From: Catajapyx aquilonaris
Taxonomy: Eukaryota
Reading direction: 5' to 3'
Length of the DNA: 64,000 nt
NCBI GenBank assembly: GCA_000934665.2
Contig: JYFJ02001685.1
Span: 1 to 64,000 of the forward strand
Below, one piece after another: positions 36,871 to 51,018 of this stretch (its first letter is position 1; each line of letters opens with the position of its first letter). A program made the position numbers and the translations under genes. The notes beneath the pieces were generated by a model that did no database searches, was not told the DNA's origin, and worked only from the letters and a program-made list of their open reading frames with translations.

Positions 36871-39138
36871 CTTTGCCTCTGCTACTCAGCTGTGTCTGCT
36901 GCTGTACCTACTCTTTTATATATTCCCAGCACCCTCCCTCCCTCCAAGGCAAGAAAAGGCAGCTCAGCTCACGAGATGAGGCTAATTGCACAGGTTGCGA
37001 AACCCCGCGTGGGAACAGCAGGTAGTCGGGCCGGACGGGGGATGAATTAATTACGCCGCACACTGGGATGGATGATGCCCTGCCCGCCTCAACTCATCGT
37101 CATTCCCCCAACAGACTCCCTGCAGATGCAGCACACACACAGCAGCCCGCTTGTTCCTGTCCGTCTGCTGAAATCCAACATGGACACCGGATATTATACG
37201 CGCCTCGAATGTGGCGCCCCTACATGCCCGCCGGTACATTCGAACGGGAAGTTCGTGTCCGGGTCATGAAACAGATATTTGCGTCAAGTTTCGTACACGA
37301 GTAACTGAAGCTGGCTAAACGAATCTAGGTTCAGGTCGGTCAGTAATAAAAACTGCAGGTGGAGCAGAATTATTGTGTCAGTGTTGCGTGGTTACTATGT
37401 CCATACTCCATAGTAATGTAATGACAAGGATTGTTGATGAAACTTATAGATGACATTCCAAAGACTAGTCGGACTTTCATTAGTTCCCATTTACAAATCT
37501 CCTAACACAACATGGTGGCATCGGTACAAGTGGTCAAGGTTTCCTGGTCGTCGTGAGTAACGTCGCAGGGACTTCTCCATTAGACGTCCATGGTCTGTAC
37601 ACCGTACAGCACTGTACAGCCAAGCCCTGGCATTGGACCTAGCTGGACTGTAAAAATACAAGCTGCATTTATCGAAAGCTCTCAGGATCAACAATTGCAA
37701 GTCACGCATTTCCCAGAATGGTCCAGTTGCACCATTACAGATATGAAAGTTATAGTCATCCTATTTTTCATATCAGGTATGGTGCAAGTGTGGTCGAGTT
37801 CCACATTTTATACTTGTGCATGAACAAGATGGAAACCTGAAAATCACATGGTACAATAATGATTCAAGTTCAGTGTATGCATTATTATTGATCAAAGAAA
37901 TGTACAAGTGTTTAAAAATCTATACAATGAGATGCACAAGCTCCTCAGAAGTCGACATTGCATGCCAAGTTTTACAGACAAAATATGTCAAGATTTCGTG
38001 ACAGACCATGGCACATTTTGCATATCGGAATCTCAACTTGTCCGATGCAAAATTCAATAGAGCAGACAATCCGGCCGAGGGGGTTTAAAATCCAATACAA
38101 TGGAAATGCGTCGTATAAAATGTGATGTGAAAAAGGCTGTCAAGAAAATTACAGTAACTTACATGATTCTGTCAAACTATTTCCTGTCGCAACAAATTTT
38201 GATGCCCACATTTTGCCTCTTGTGACAGCCAACACTCAAGTCTTTTTCGTGGAAACCAGTTCACAAGTTAGCTGCAGATTTTCAACAATCTGACTAGTGT
38301 GAACATCCACTAAAACCTTCTCCTCAGGGTGAATCTCAATTACAATGGCTAATGCTGCCACTCAAATCCAGCTTAAAAACAGGTCTGCGATTTGATTTCT
38401 GTGCTGCCAGAACATTAGTATAACCACACACATTTTGGCAACAGAAATGTAGGGAGGAGGGGGATATAAGTTTTGCACCTAAAGGTCTATGTTTATAATA
38501 CTGTCACTTCTCACATACTAGTCACAAATAATACATAATGAGAACAAGAACAAATCAACTACATTAACACCACCCAAATTACGTAAATATGTGCACTTCC
38601 TAGAATGCCATTTACTTCCTTGCATACAAATGTGTGTGGAGGGAGGGGTATAAAGCTGCAATTAAGCATGTACAATCTAACTGCAAATATTCTCACTGAT
38701 CTATTATGAAAAGATGCAACTTGGCATCACACTACTCTGCCACATGCACAAGGAGAATGGTTGTGGAACGATAATCTGCAAGTCCGCAGAACAAGACTTT
38801 GTACTTGAAATGTCCCGCACCACACTCCTGTAAATAGCTACGGTAACAAAAATAATTGCATTCCCAAATCCACAACCTGGCAGTTTTCATCTGCTGGAAA
38901 CAACTTGTAGAGAACTATATGCCATCACTGTATATCCCTACCAACACTCTGCTTGTCCAGTTGTACTGTCCATAAAAATGCACAAGTCAGCCATGTAGGT
39001 GGCTAATATTTATCGCATGCTGTTCAGACACTCAGGCAAGAAATAACCAACAGCAACAAATGCTCTCGAGGATTAAAGCTCATGCCCTCAAGTAAGGAAC
39101 CATAATAATTCTCTGTCACATTTTAACCCAGTCAGAAT

Positions 39139-42100
39139 CTAGCTGGCTAGCCATGGATGGTACTGCAGCGAGGTCTTACTCCTGTCCCCGTAATCATAGC
39201 ACAGCTCTTCTCCGGTACTGATGTCCCTCTTTGCAATTAAGATAAGGTGAGGTTTGCCATTAATGGATATTGTCTTGGTCACAAGGTTTCCATACCGGCT
39301 GTGGTTCACTAGTCTGCCAAGTCTCCCTGATTCTGAAGTGGCATCCACACTGGAAGGAAAGTCAAAGATATTGTTAGTATTCTCTCTCAATTTGCCTTGC
39401 ATCCTTATATGCCTTCAATTAACAAAAGAATTGACAAAAAAAAAAACTGTCAATTCAACAAAATTCAGCCGCAAAATTGTAATATGGGAGCACAAGGTCT
39501 CTGAAAATTGAACCCGACAAAACATAGCTAAGTATTGCTTACCAGTAAGGTTGGTTCTGGTATTGGAAATAGTACATGTAGCACCCTGTGTTCTGGTCCT
39601 GGGCATATTTAAGTTCCCGTTCCTTGGCCTGAAGGATGGGGACCAGTTCCCCTGAGTACTCGACCACAAACTCTCCCTTCTTGAAATGCCTGGTTGTGAC
39701 CACCCCACGACCTTTGCTCACAAAATTCTTCACCATCAAGCCATCCTCTTTTCCTGAGAGAATGCATTCTTCCAGGGTTCGCTGCTTTTCTTCTAGTATG
39801 GTTTTCTTGGTCTTACGCACACTACGACGAACTGGGAAGAACTCTGTCAATTTGTGGTTGTTACTGCACATCTTCTTTGGAGCCGTGGTGTTAGTGACAG
39901 TCGGGGAATCACCCCCAACTTGGTTCTGGCTTTGGTTTGGATTCAGTCTGCAAAATTATCAAGAAAAAATGTCATTGTCATATATTGCCATGCAAAACTT
40001 GTTTGCACTGAAGCGTAAAAACCAGTATTTGCACAAACATCCTTTTACATTCCTTCCTAATTCACAATTGTGCATCAGCAGTGTTATGAGGATTACATAG
40101 TCCCCACCTACGTTCTGATCAAACAAACTGCCACAGCCATGCAGATAAGCCTCACCCACAGACTTTTGAACCCAATTGCAATCGCTTTGGTGGAATAGCA
40201 TTAAGCCAGTAGCTTCTCTTTTGCAGACTCAAAATAAACAAAATGCAGCAGTTCAGCAGGTATTAAATAAAATATAAAATGTCCTGTAATACTGACCTTC
40301 TGCGGGCCTTCCCACTCTTGACTACTAGGGATGCAGGATGACTGGCAGCTGAGATCTTCAACTTGGACAAGGCACTGCTCGGGGTGAGCGGCCACTTGGT
40401 CACATCTACCTCGGCCTCAGCTGCTATTTCCTCTAAGAGTTGAATTTTATGGGGGGTGGGTGGACTCAAGGGAGAATCCACAGAGACTGCTCCTCCCTCC
40501 TCCACACAAAGTAGAGTTACTGCTTTGTCTTCTGCAGGCTCTACCTTAACTGCTGGTAATTCTGTAGACTCTTTTATGCCATTCACAACAACTTGAAAAC
40601 TGTTGAGAGTTGTTACTGGTTCTGTAATGGTGAAGTTTCATAATCAGCTTATTCGTTACTTATTCAGCCAAATGAGTCATGAATCATGCATCACTGATGA
40701 TGCATCATTGGTGAAATGTGTCACTCTAAAACAAGGCTTAGAAAACCTGATATTTTAAGAGCAAAATCATGGGAGTTATTGATATACAGGGTGTTTCAGA
40801 GTCACGGGTCAAGCGCGGGGGTGGGGAAAAATTGTAGGTGGCGACAACCCCAGTCGGTTTTATAAAACAATTAGAAATGCGGCAGTAATCAATTTATTTA
40901 TTATGGCCGTACGGCGTGACGTCACATCCTACTTTCTGTTCGAATCGAGTGGCACGGATTGACAGGTGCACTTGCTTGAACCTGTTGAGCAGCTTTTTAG
41001 CCTTGCGGGTTGCACTGAAAAAGGCGCGCTCCTGCTACACTGGCAGGGTACTGAACACACCACTGTTTGTTTGTTTGTAGGCGTTTATTTATTCCAGGGT
41101 CGGTCTGCGGCTCGTGCCGCTTGGCCGACCCGCTACAAAAATTTTGTTGCGAACACACCACTGTACAGTACAGTAGTACACTACTTTGTACAGTACCCTA
41201 CCATTATAACATGAGAGCGCCTTTTTCAGTGCAACCCGCAAAGCTAAAAAACTGCTCAACAGGTTCAAGCAGGTGCACCTGTCAGTCCGTGCCACTCGAT
41301 TCGACAGAAAGTAGGATGTGACGTCACGCCGTACAGCCACAATAAATAAATTGATTACAGCCGCATTTCTAATTGTTTTATAAAACCGACCGGGGTTGTC
41401 GCCACCTACGATTTTCCCCCACCCCCCCGCAAGCGCTTGACCCGTGACTCTGAAACACCCTGTACAGAAAATTGCCACACTGAAGGGGGCTACATTCAGG
41501 TGGCATCTACGAGGGCTGTTTGAAAAGTAGTGAGCCTACCTGTGAAGGAGTTAAATATGAGCTGTGATTGAGACAAACAGAGTCAACAGTTATTAAGAAG
41601 CTCTTTGTATTGCACTCTGGCTGAATTAATTGTACTGAGTTTGTCACACCCGTCCTCAAAGTCTACTCCAGTAAAATAAGCAATTGGTGTACCTGTCTTT
41701 GTTTAAATGGTCAAAGAGGTCATTTTGTAGTGTCAAGGCAATTCATAAATGCCAACTTCTTTCCCATATCCAGACTCACATTTTGCAATGCCCTTGGTAA
41801 CTATACAGTTGCAAAGGAGGTAGTAATACATAAAGCACACACATTCTGCATGCACTAATCAACCAATTGTTAAATAAGCTTCAAAATACTATCGATGCTT
41901 CATTCTGAATTCATATTCTGAAGTCACCTCCATGCTACAAAAAGTTTGTGTTCCACATCTGAATATTTAACCCATTTCAGTAAAGACCTTCATCCACTTT
42001 AACAGTTGAGAATGGTAAAATGAGAAAACGGCACTGGCACAAATAAAATACCTTCAGCATTGCCATTTGAGTGGGAGCCAAAAGAATTCAGAATCTCAGC

Positions 42101-43922
42101 TTCTTCAGCTTTGCAGGAGAGGCGAGGACTTTTGCATTTGACTTCCTCTGTATTCAGTTCTGCAGGTGCCGTGTAGTTGTGATCCAAACAAGCACTTATC
42201 CTAGCGTCATTCGGCTTTGGGCTTGCATGGGACAACTTTCCATCAAAATCCTTTCGCCGAACTCCACTTTTGCAACTGCCTTTCTCAGAGGATGATGATG
42301 CAGATGCATCCAAGCCAGTGTTGGAGTCACATGGAGCTTTTACAGATCTTACTCCTTTTCTTCTTGCTGAAGAGAAAATCACTATTATTATCTGTAGTTA
42401 TGGCAGTACTGAACCGAGAACAATATTCTCTGGGCTCATTCACATTCACAAAATCATGTCCCTGGGTCCATAAATTGGGTCTTGCCTAATAATGTAGTAA
42501 GGCATGCTCATCAGGAACAATGGAAGGCCTTAAATCTCACCCAAGTGACAATTCCCTCTGGGGTATGCAGAAAAACGTCAACACCTGTCTGGGGCAAGTA
42601 CCATATTACCTCACATAAAGTGGCATGCCGGTGTAGCCGAGGTCGACCAGTTTTTAGAAATGCACAATCTGGTGGCTATACCAGCATCCCGGTATAGGGC
42701 GAGGTATGCCGGTATAAGGCGAAGTTTTTACATGAGTTACATTGAACTTGATATTTGCCTGAAAAAACGAAATTCATGTAAAGGTTATCGAAAAGGCACA
42801 TTTTCCGAATATTTTGTTTTCAATTGCAGTGCCGGGCAATAATCTCTATTTAAAAGGAGGCTAACAGTCCGATTGGTCACACAATCTACATTTTTATATA
42901 CACTGTGCAACAGAACTTGCGTATTCTCACAGCCTGTACACTCGCCCATTTTCATCGTAACATAATTTCAGTATAGTACTAGAAGCATTCCATTAAAAAA
43001 TGAGAAGCATCAAAATTACGGAAATCTACATTGGTTATTGCGCATGCGGCCACCTCTGGGTTATACTGGCATGGTGGTCGACCTCGTTTTATACCGGCAT
43101 GCCGCTTTATGTGAGGTAATACAGTAGTTCCCTCTACCATATTATGGACACTAGTGTTACTTCCATGCTACCCAGGGTTTACTGGATGGACCCAAAATTA
43201 CTCTGTTTCCATATATAGCAAAGTATTTTTTCCCCTCATTTAAATTCCAGAGGATAAAAATATTATCTGGCAGCTCGCACTAAAAAACTTTCTGCCGTAG
43301 ACAAGTTTCAGCTTTTTCATGTCTGTTACATGCAGGTTTCACTATTATCACCTACTGTACATAGAAATTTACCATTTCAGTCCAATTAATATATTTTACT
43401 ATCTATGGTCTAGGTTCTGACATGTGGGCAAATTTCGTATTTTGAAATCGCAAGAGGAATATATTAGTAGAGAAACAATGCACTGATGGAATTTTCTTTC
43501 TCTGTGATTGGTTCCTGTGGTTATTTCATTCTTTCACAGAAAACTTGGAGTATAAGCATCACAAAAATGATAAGACCGAAGTTTACAAGACTGTGCCACC
43601 ACTGAAACAAAAGTCAGCCATCCTTCTGTTTCAAGTCAACAGTGTCACCAATCCACAAGTTTTAAGCTGCACAGAAAACCTTAACTTGTTTCATTTCAGG
43701 GATAATGACAGTATTAAGATCTCCAAATCATCTTCCATGTGCCCTGTTTTCTAAGGCCAAAATAGGCTATCTTAAACTATTTTGAAATGCATTGCTTTAA
43801 ATCTTGTGAATGGGTGATTCATGTTTTGCTGCAATTATCAAGAAATAAGAATGCTGCAACTTACTTGAGATTGCTGATGATCGGGCTGCAGCCACGACAC
43901 AAGCCCTCCTTTCCCTCACCAT
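39139..43922 (-). CDS. PR-Set7: Histone H4K20 monomethyltransferase PR-Set7/SETD8 (~437 aa)
   Basis: Exons 43922-43865, 42366-42052, 40621-40297, 39947-39543, 39349-39139. PIP degron HKLTEFFPVRRSVRK; SET motifs KGRGV, GEFVVEYSG, GCYMYYF, VDAT, GRLVNHS, ELCYDYGDRS, HPWL. Leader exon ends at donor 47996. Confidence 0.96.
40787..41462. mobile_element. Tc1/mariner-type foldback MITE, nearly fully palindromic
   Basis: TA|CAGGGTGTTTCAGAGTCACGGGTCAAGCGC ... GCGCTTGACCCGTGACTCTGAAACACCCTG|TA; arms of roughly 240 bp are highly complementary. Confidence 0.92.
42601..43124. mobile_element. Tc1/mariner (pogo/Tigger-like) MITE
   Basis: TA|CCATATTACCTCACATAAAGTGGCATGCCGGT ... ACCGGCATGCCGCTTTATGTGAGGTAATACAG|TA. 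Confidence 0.8.
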
Positions 43923-45352
43923 TGTATTGCTGAAATTAAAATTGAGACAAAAATTAATAGGCAGAGCTTGCAATGTCTTATAGTCAGTGCTATAAAACAG
44001 ATGCTCTTAGTGTGTGCCCCTCACTTATGCTTTGGGTACACACAAGACAATAATTATTAATCTCACAGCATGCCTTTAATATCAAGGCAGAGTTGTTATA
44101 GCTTATGCTAATTGACACAGGATGTATGAAAAACATGGCCAACTTTTCCACTGCACATCCCAAGATAAGATACCAGAATGTGTTGTGGCTAAAAATACAT
44201 CAAAAAATTATTACAAGAGTCATATTTTTACATTAGCAAGGAACAATTTGGGCATTTTTCAATCAAAATATTTGATCACTTCCAACAAAATCGCATGCAC
44301 ACACCTGCCTCCTAACCTGGATAAAAATAGGCAAAGGTAAATTTAAATTCTCCTTGCCTACATATTTCAAAAACATAAGAATGTTCCTCTTATGTCACCA
44401 ATTATTTGCACTTTCATTTCTTCAGTACTGTTCTGCTTAATCCCAACACCAAATCTATTTCTCTCAGCACCATATTATTCAACAAATTGATTAAGAGTCT
44501 TGAAAATTGCATGCTCCACAATAGTGCATTGTATGTATGAAACATACAAGTTCAGTTTTTATAGTAAACGTCATGCTTAATGGGCCTTTGTGTTTCTTCC
44601 TTTGTATGCACAGTAATACTACCTGGCACCAAAAACTTTTCACCAGATTTGGTCTCCTTTTGCTTCTTGCCACTGGCATTAAGGCTTTTCATGAAAAAAT
44701 ACATCCCACTCAGTTGCTGACTACCCCTTTCAATGTTTTCTTATTGCAAATAATTATCATAAAATATTTTGGATTGAACAAAAAAAATCACGTTAAAAAT
44801 TCTTGCCTCCAAAAATCTACCAAGTAAATAATAATCTAGGCACAACATTGTAGGATCATATCTATACCTCCAGTGGGAGTTTTAGTCGTATGCTTATATC
44901 ATGTGTATCAGATGTCAACTCACACCTGCAATAATGGAAATTTTGCAGTCTGTCCTGCATCGATGTGGTCTTCCAAGAGTACCCACCGTATGAGTCAAGC
45001 AGGATGGCCAACTCCCCACCTCACCTCCCCTCTCTTGTGAGTAGTTGGAGGGTTGGCATGTGAGACCTTTCCACTGATGTGGTTGTGAGCTGACATCTGA
45101 TACATCGTGACTGTATACTTTGCCTGCTTTCATGTTAGTATAGCACAGGCACTCCCACCTGATTGGAAGTTTCATCCTATCTCACATTTGATTACAAGCT
45201 GTTTACTGCATGCCTCTCCCTGAACATAACACTAAGGTACAATACTGCATATATGTTGAATGTTCCACATTCCAACTTCTGAGTATCACACAATAGTAGG
45301 TTATTAGCCTCAGCTCAGGGTCTCGCCTATCAATTTCAACCAACCCTTACAG

Positions 45353-45783
45353 CAATGGTTCCCAACCTGGGGGGCGCGAGAGGATTTCAGGAGGGGCGTG
45401 AGGCCATGAGAAATAGTAAAATAATGTAACATGCTTGTTCTTGGCGCTGCTGGGAATAATTATGAAGGGACCGACTTTTCTACTTGCTTATGTCCGATGT
45501 GCTTACAGTATAGGAGGATTCCACTGTACTTTGTAGTTACATTCACCGGAATTTGTGACCTTGAACCCCAAAAAATTTCGCCTGCAGGGGGGGGGNTTTC
45601 TTCTTCTCTCCTTTCCCCTATTTAGACATGTTTTGCATGCCTCTTGTGCAGTTATAAAACTATATTTAAGAAACTCTTGGCGAAATTGATCGGGACCGGA
45701 GGAATGGGGGGGCATGAGTGTTGGGTGAGAACAGAAAGGGGGGGGGGGAGGTTGGGAAAGGTTGGAAAGGTTGGGAACCACTG
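45353..45783. mobile_element. hAT (Charlie-like) MITE
   Basis: CAATGGTTCCCAACC...GGTTGGGAACCACTG with exact 8-bp TSD CCTTACAG (45345-45352, 45784-45791). Confidence 0.88.
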
Positions 45784-46919
45784 CCTTACAGTATGCCACA
45801 CTTCATGATTGATGCTTTCAAGTTACAGTAGGTTGCAACCCCACTGCTTCAACACTTCCTTCAAACAATTAGTTGATGCAAAATTCACATCCTAGAGAAT
45901 TCATCAGGAGTGTTCATGACAAAGTGGCTGCTGTGGCCGAGAGGTGTCACATTTTAGCCTCTTCCACCTACAAGGTCCAGAGTTTGATCTAAAATTATGC
46001 TACAGATTTCTCACGCGGTTTGGGTATCCATGGTTTCTCTCCATGCTTAAATGGGTTTTCTGGAATTTTTCCCTCCATCTTACTCTTCAGAACCAACAAT
46101 ATCTTGAGTATTTAAAAAAATATCCTGCAGCCCAATAATCAAAGGTGATAATTATGCCAGGTTTGTCCCTGGAATACTAGATTACGGTACATAAAAAGGT
46201 ACATATATTGCGCATCAAGATACTGTCGTTATATTGAGTTATATACTAATTATCTGAACCCCTCCTCCTACATAGTGCATCATGTGTTATCACTTGGAAT
46301 GCTCATTCCTTATCAACCGCACTGGACCTCATTACAGTGACTCTCAACTACAGAAGGGAAGACTTAATCAAATTCTAACTATAGTCCACGTACAGCAGCG
46401 TCTCTCCGTTCTGCAAATCTATGCTGAAATGGTTTCCGTTACATATACACCATAGAAAATCCTCCATTGGGACATAACAGTCAATGTCCTGCTCTCCTGC
46501 ATCTGCTATGGGCAGGTTTTATTGTGCAGTAAACTCCGGATAAAACAGACTTCAAGTGACCACAGAACTCAGTCTGCTACAACCAAGAATCTGTTATAGC
46601 CAAGGCTGTTACATCTGGAGTCAACTGGATTACTTTCCAAATCTGGGGAACAGTTAGGTGCTCTCAAAACAGAAAGGCTCAAAGTGCTTCAAATTCAAGT
46701 TATTCCATTGCAACTTAATTCTGCCGTGATGTCATCTGTTATTTACAAAAGTTTATGAATCAAACTCATCAACATCTAAGTGGCACTCCCATATCTTGAG
46801 CAATGACTAAGTAATTTTTATGCAATAGACATGGAGTCTAATATTTTATCTAGGCCTATTTTTACGCAAAGCAGGCTATTCATCATGATAAATGAGGTCA
46901 ACTATTTCTCGCTATTTCT

Positions 46920-47036
46920 ACTATAGATTGGTCACTATATGAACGCAACCGAGCGGCCAATTTTATTACAGGAAGGAATACAGTTTGTAATAAAATTGGC
47001 CACTCGGTTGCATTCATATAGTGACCAATCTTTAGT
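46920..47036. repeat. 51-bp-arm inverted repeat (hairpin) in PR-Set7 intron 1
   Basis: ACTATAGATTGGTCACTATATGAACGCAACCGAGCGGCCAATTTTATTACA versus its reverse complement at 46986-47036: 3 mismatches, 15-nt loop. Confidence 0.9.
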
Positions 47037-47995
47037 GGGCTATGGTAATGCCCCCACAGGTCAACAATATTAAGAGTGACGGTGTTTATAATAAGGATAA
47101 AATAAAATATTATTTTGCACAGTCGACTTCAGATAAAACGTACTTCAAGGGACCGCAAAAATGCAAGGTCTGTTATAGCCAAATACAGAGGCCACATATG
47201 GAAGCATGGCGGGACCAGCCTTTCGAGTCTGCTATAACTGAGACACTCACATCTGTAGTCAACTGTACTACAGAGGGCCTTTCTACTTTTCATTGCTCAA
47301 ACATTACGCCATTAAAATTTTCCTAAGCCACTCGGGCATCAAGAAACTGGTCCAATACAAAATTATCAGAGGATGACAACCACATAAATCGGGTGTACAC
47401 TTGGCCATATATCTCTGCATGACCTCACAAATCCCTACGACAATCCCATAAATCTCGAAATAAATCCTTATGACCATTCCATAACTTGTGCTTCCAGTGT
47501 ACACTAAAAATTGCAAGCTGTTACCTCCACATAAAATTCAACGCACTGCATTACATTCCCTTTGACCTACCCCACACGTCCCTTCCACACACCCTAATCA
47601 GATGCCCACTTTGCAAATAGCAACCAATCTAATCAGGTTTGCCCCATTCCCAAAATAAATCCTGCATACACTGTCCCTTCCTGAAGAAGCGAAAAAATAC
47701 CAAGGCCATGTCAACAAAGCAGGGGACACACCCTGCAACAATACCCATCCGCCCTAGTTCTGCAACTGGCATACCTCCTTCCTAGTCAGATGATGGTGGT
47801 CAACATTACATAACTGTTGCTTCCGGTGATGCCCACCTTCTATTACTTCCCCCTGATCAACCAAACGGCCTCCAAAAGTAGGTAAAGGCAAAAGCAGCAC
47901 AGGGAGGATGGAGGGAGGGGAGCCCAAAAAATCCCGTTCTCTCCCCAGTCCTAAAACCCGACTTTGGGTCGCCCATTTGCCCCCTTGATCCTTAC

Positions 47996-50900
47996 CGTGC
48001 CCTGAAACGTGTCAATAGCAGAGCCGTCCTCCCTGCAGGTTCCCCAGGGCCGCCCTTGGTCCTCCTTCCTGGGGTCTTCCCGGCACCGTGGGGCCGTGCA
48101 GCAGGCTACAATGTGTTTGGCGGCAGGGGCGGCACGGGGCTCGAGCCTCCGTCCGGCACCATGTCAGTCAGCCAGGCGGGCTCTGAGGTTAGGAGGGGGA
48201 GGGGGAAGGGAGGGGAGGGGGGGGGACGGTGGTGCTTCTTCTTTTTTTCTTTTTTTTCTTTTTTTAAAACTCAAGGGAGGAGGAAGAGACTCGCATCGTA
48301 GTTGGGAGTCGCGCCATTGGCCTTGCTGGGGTCTGGCGGAGCGAGCCACGGCATGGAAGTTCGTTATAATTATATAGCCTATATTTTTTTTTTTTTTGTA
48401 ATGGGCGACTCTCTGGTTTGAACATATGGTCCGCGTAATAGTTGTTGGGTAATTGACGCGTGGGCTAGCTGTACGGAGGAGGGGAGATGCGTATTATCAG
48501 TATTATGCGTAGGACTACACAGGCGGATACCAGCCACAACACTGGCATATTATGCCAATTTCACTTTTTCATCTATCTGATTAAAATTATTGTGTCTCGC
48601 ACAATTCATTATGGAAAGGATCATTTAATTTTAATGACAATGGTAGATAATGTGCAAATTTTGGGGTTTCACATTGGTCACTTTATACACATTATCATAC
48701 AATATATTATTTTAATAAAATCAATGCTGCTTGAACAATGCGTGGCATCACTTCATAAGGGATATTACAATTATACAATAGGTAGGCTACACACATTTTA
48801 AGTTGTATTAAAATTTTCATTCATGAACAACAACAAACGACAACAACATCACGACATTTCCCTATGAGGGGTAGTCAGCGATGAAGGGAGACGCAAGCTA
48901 ACCCAACCTATGAACTAATAAAACTCATGAGAATAAACCTAAAAACAACCCGTCCCACCCCCACCCCTGCCCACCTCAGAAACAGACACTCAAGATTAAA
49001 TTTAAATATTACACTATGCAATACTGTACTTTAGGGGACAATATGAATAAACTCAAAGAATTGGCCATCCTTTGCAATTTATTGTCATAAAAATTATTGT
49101 TAAAAGTCTGCCAGGTTCCTACCACCTGTGGCCATTTCAAATGCAAAAAAAGTTTCCAAATTTTCAGCAAGCCCATATTTTAACTATACTCAGAGAACAG
49201 ATACTGATTTAAAAATTGAGATTCATTCATTCGTCATCTAATATTACTAAGAACAAATTCCAATAAAAACTGTCATAGTAAATCACGTAATGAATCCTGA
49301 AAAGTATCTATAAAAATTCACGCAGGTGTCTAGTGCTTTGTGTGGCCATTTAAAATGTACAAAAATTGCAAAATCATGGTAACGCCTGGTATGCATAGAA
49401 AAATTCAATATCAGTGCATGAAATTAAGTTCTCTTCATGTTACGTTAACCCCAAAAATAATATCATTCAATCTTAGGTGAACCATTCACGGGTTTAAAAA
49501 GCACTGTTGTATATTGTACGAGGGGCGGTCATAAAGTTCTTACAATCACCTAGAAAGAAGAGAGTCACGGGCTAGTGCAGCTATTGTGTGGTAGGTCCTT
49601 TTCCACATATGCGCCNGTTGACATAAGAAAATGCATATTAAATATCCCCACTATATAAATTTATTTTTAAAAATAGCTCAAATCCTCTCCAGCCCAGACT
49701 TCATCAAATAATTATATGTCTCTGGACGACAGATATTGCATAGTCACATATATCCTAATTAGGCATTCAAAGTGATTAAATTTTTAAATATTCCATTTAA
49801 ATTTTCCATATTTCCCTGTCCATATATGGTGTATCAACATTTATGTATTGAAAGAGTGATGAGACCCCTCATGTCTTCATGGGTGCTGCACATCGCACAC
49901 ATTTTTGTATACATTTGATGAGTCATTCTGGGTAACACATTATTTATCCAAATACATCACTTTATTTGCTCGGATTTTCTTCTTTCCATCGATTAATTAG
50001 GATCATGTCATCATGGGCATAGTATTTGTAATTACGGTACCTCTCCAGTGTAACAAGTCTTCATGCACAGTACCTGACAGTACTGATCGTCATGGTCATG
50101 TGCTCATCTTTTTCTGCAACAGCAGTTCTTCCAACTTGGTACACCTTGTACGTCATAGGAACTATATTTACTACATCAGCATACATGCATTGGCCTACAT
50201 TGTATTTGGGACTGCAAGGCAACAACAACAATAAACGGTGTTTGGCATTTACTAGTTTTCCATGCAATAAAGCAACCCTACATGATATCGATGTAACCAA
50301 TGAATATTATAGGCTCGCTGCACACTTGCCATGCAGTGTTGTTACACCATTACATGAACATTGTTATTATCATGTTTTATTCATCAACCCATTCTGCAGG
50401 CCGCTCATTATCGAGCCCCCACACATCATGATGCAACTGCACATTCTTTTCCTGCCCCCTTCCTTACCAACATAAAAAAAATACAAATTCCACTCCCCCA
50501 AACCCCCAACTAATTTTACTCCAAATCTCCACCTAAATATCCCCCCAAATAAAGGTCCAACCGATCAAACCAAGCCCGTAATCTACCCTTACTGATTAAA
50601 AATCGCCATCCTTTTCAAACGAGGGCGCCCAGGCATTGATTTTACGCGTCCCGCTTTAAAATTCCGTGGGTACCCGTATGTGGAGAGAGGAGATGGCGCC
50701 AAATGCACCACTGTTGCCCCCACCTTCCCCATGCTCTCCCCCATGGCCCGCTTTAAAAACACTGCCGCCGGGCGGGCGTCGAAAATGAATTTAAAATCCG
50801 GGATCAGCCAGACAGGCATCGGGTTGCGAGACGCGGTGCAATGTGCGGAGGACACACGGCGGTCGGTTTGGCAACCGCGCGTCCGGCCAAGTCCATCCCG

Positions 50901-51018
50901 ATGTTCCAAGATGGCGTCTTGTCTGCGGAGCCACTAGCTGTGCAGTGCGGGGATCTTGCTTTTTTGAGGCCGGTTCCCGACCCGAACAGGGGCTAGGATG
51001 TCCAGGCCTAAGCGATCG
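47996..51018. promoter_or_regulatory. Divergent promoter region between PR-Set7 and sno: two CpG-rich first-exon islands separated by ~2 kb of AT-rich DNA
   Basis: GC/CpG-rich 47996-48480 (PR-Set7 leader, donor at 47996) and 50590-51100 (sno exon 1); YY1-like AGATGGCG at ~50692 and ~50909. Confidence 0.7.
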
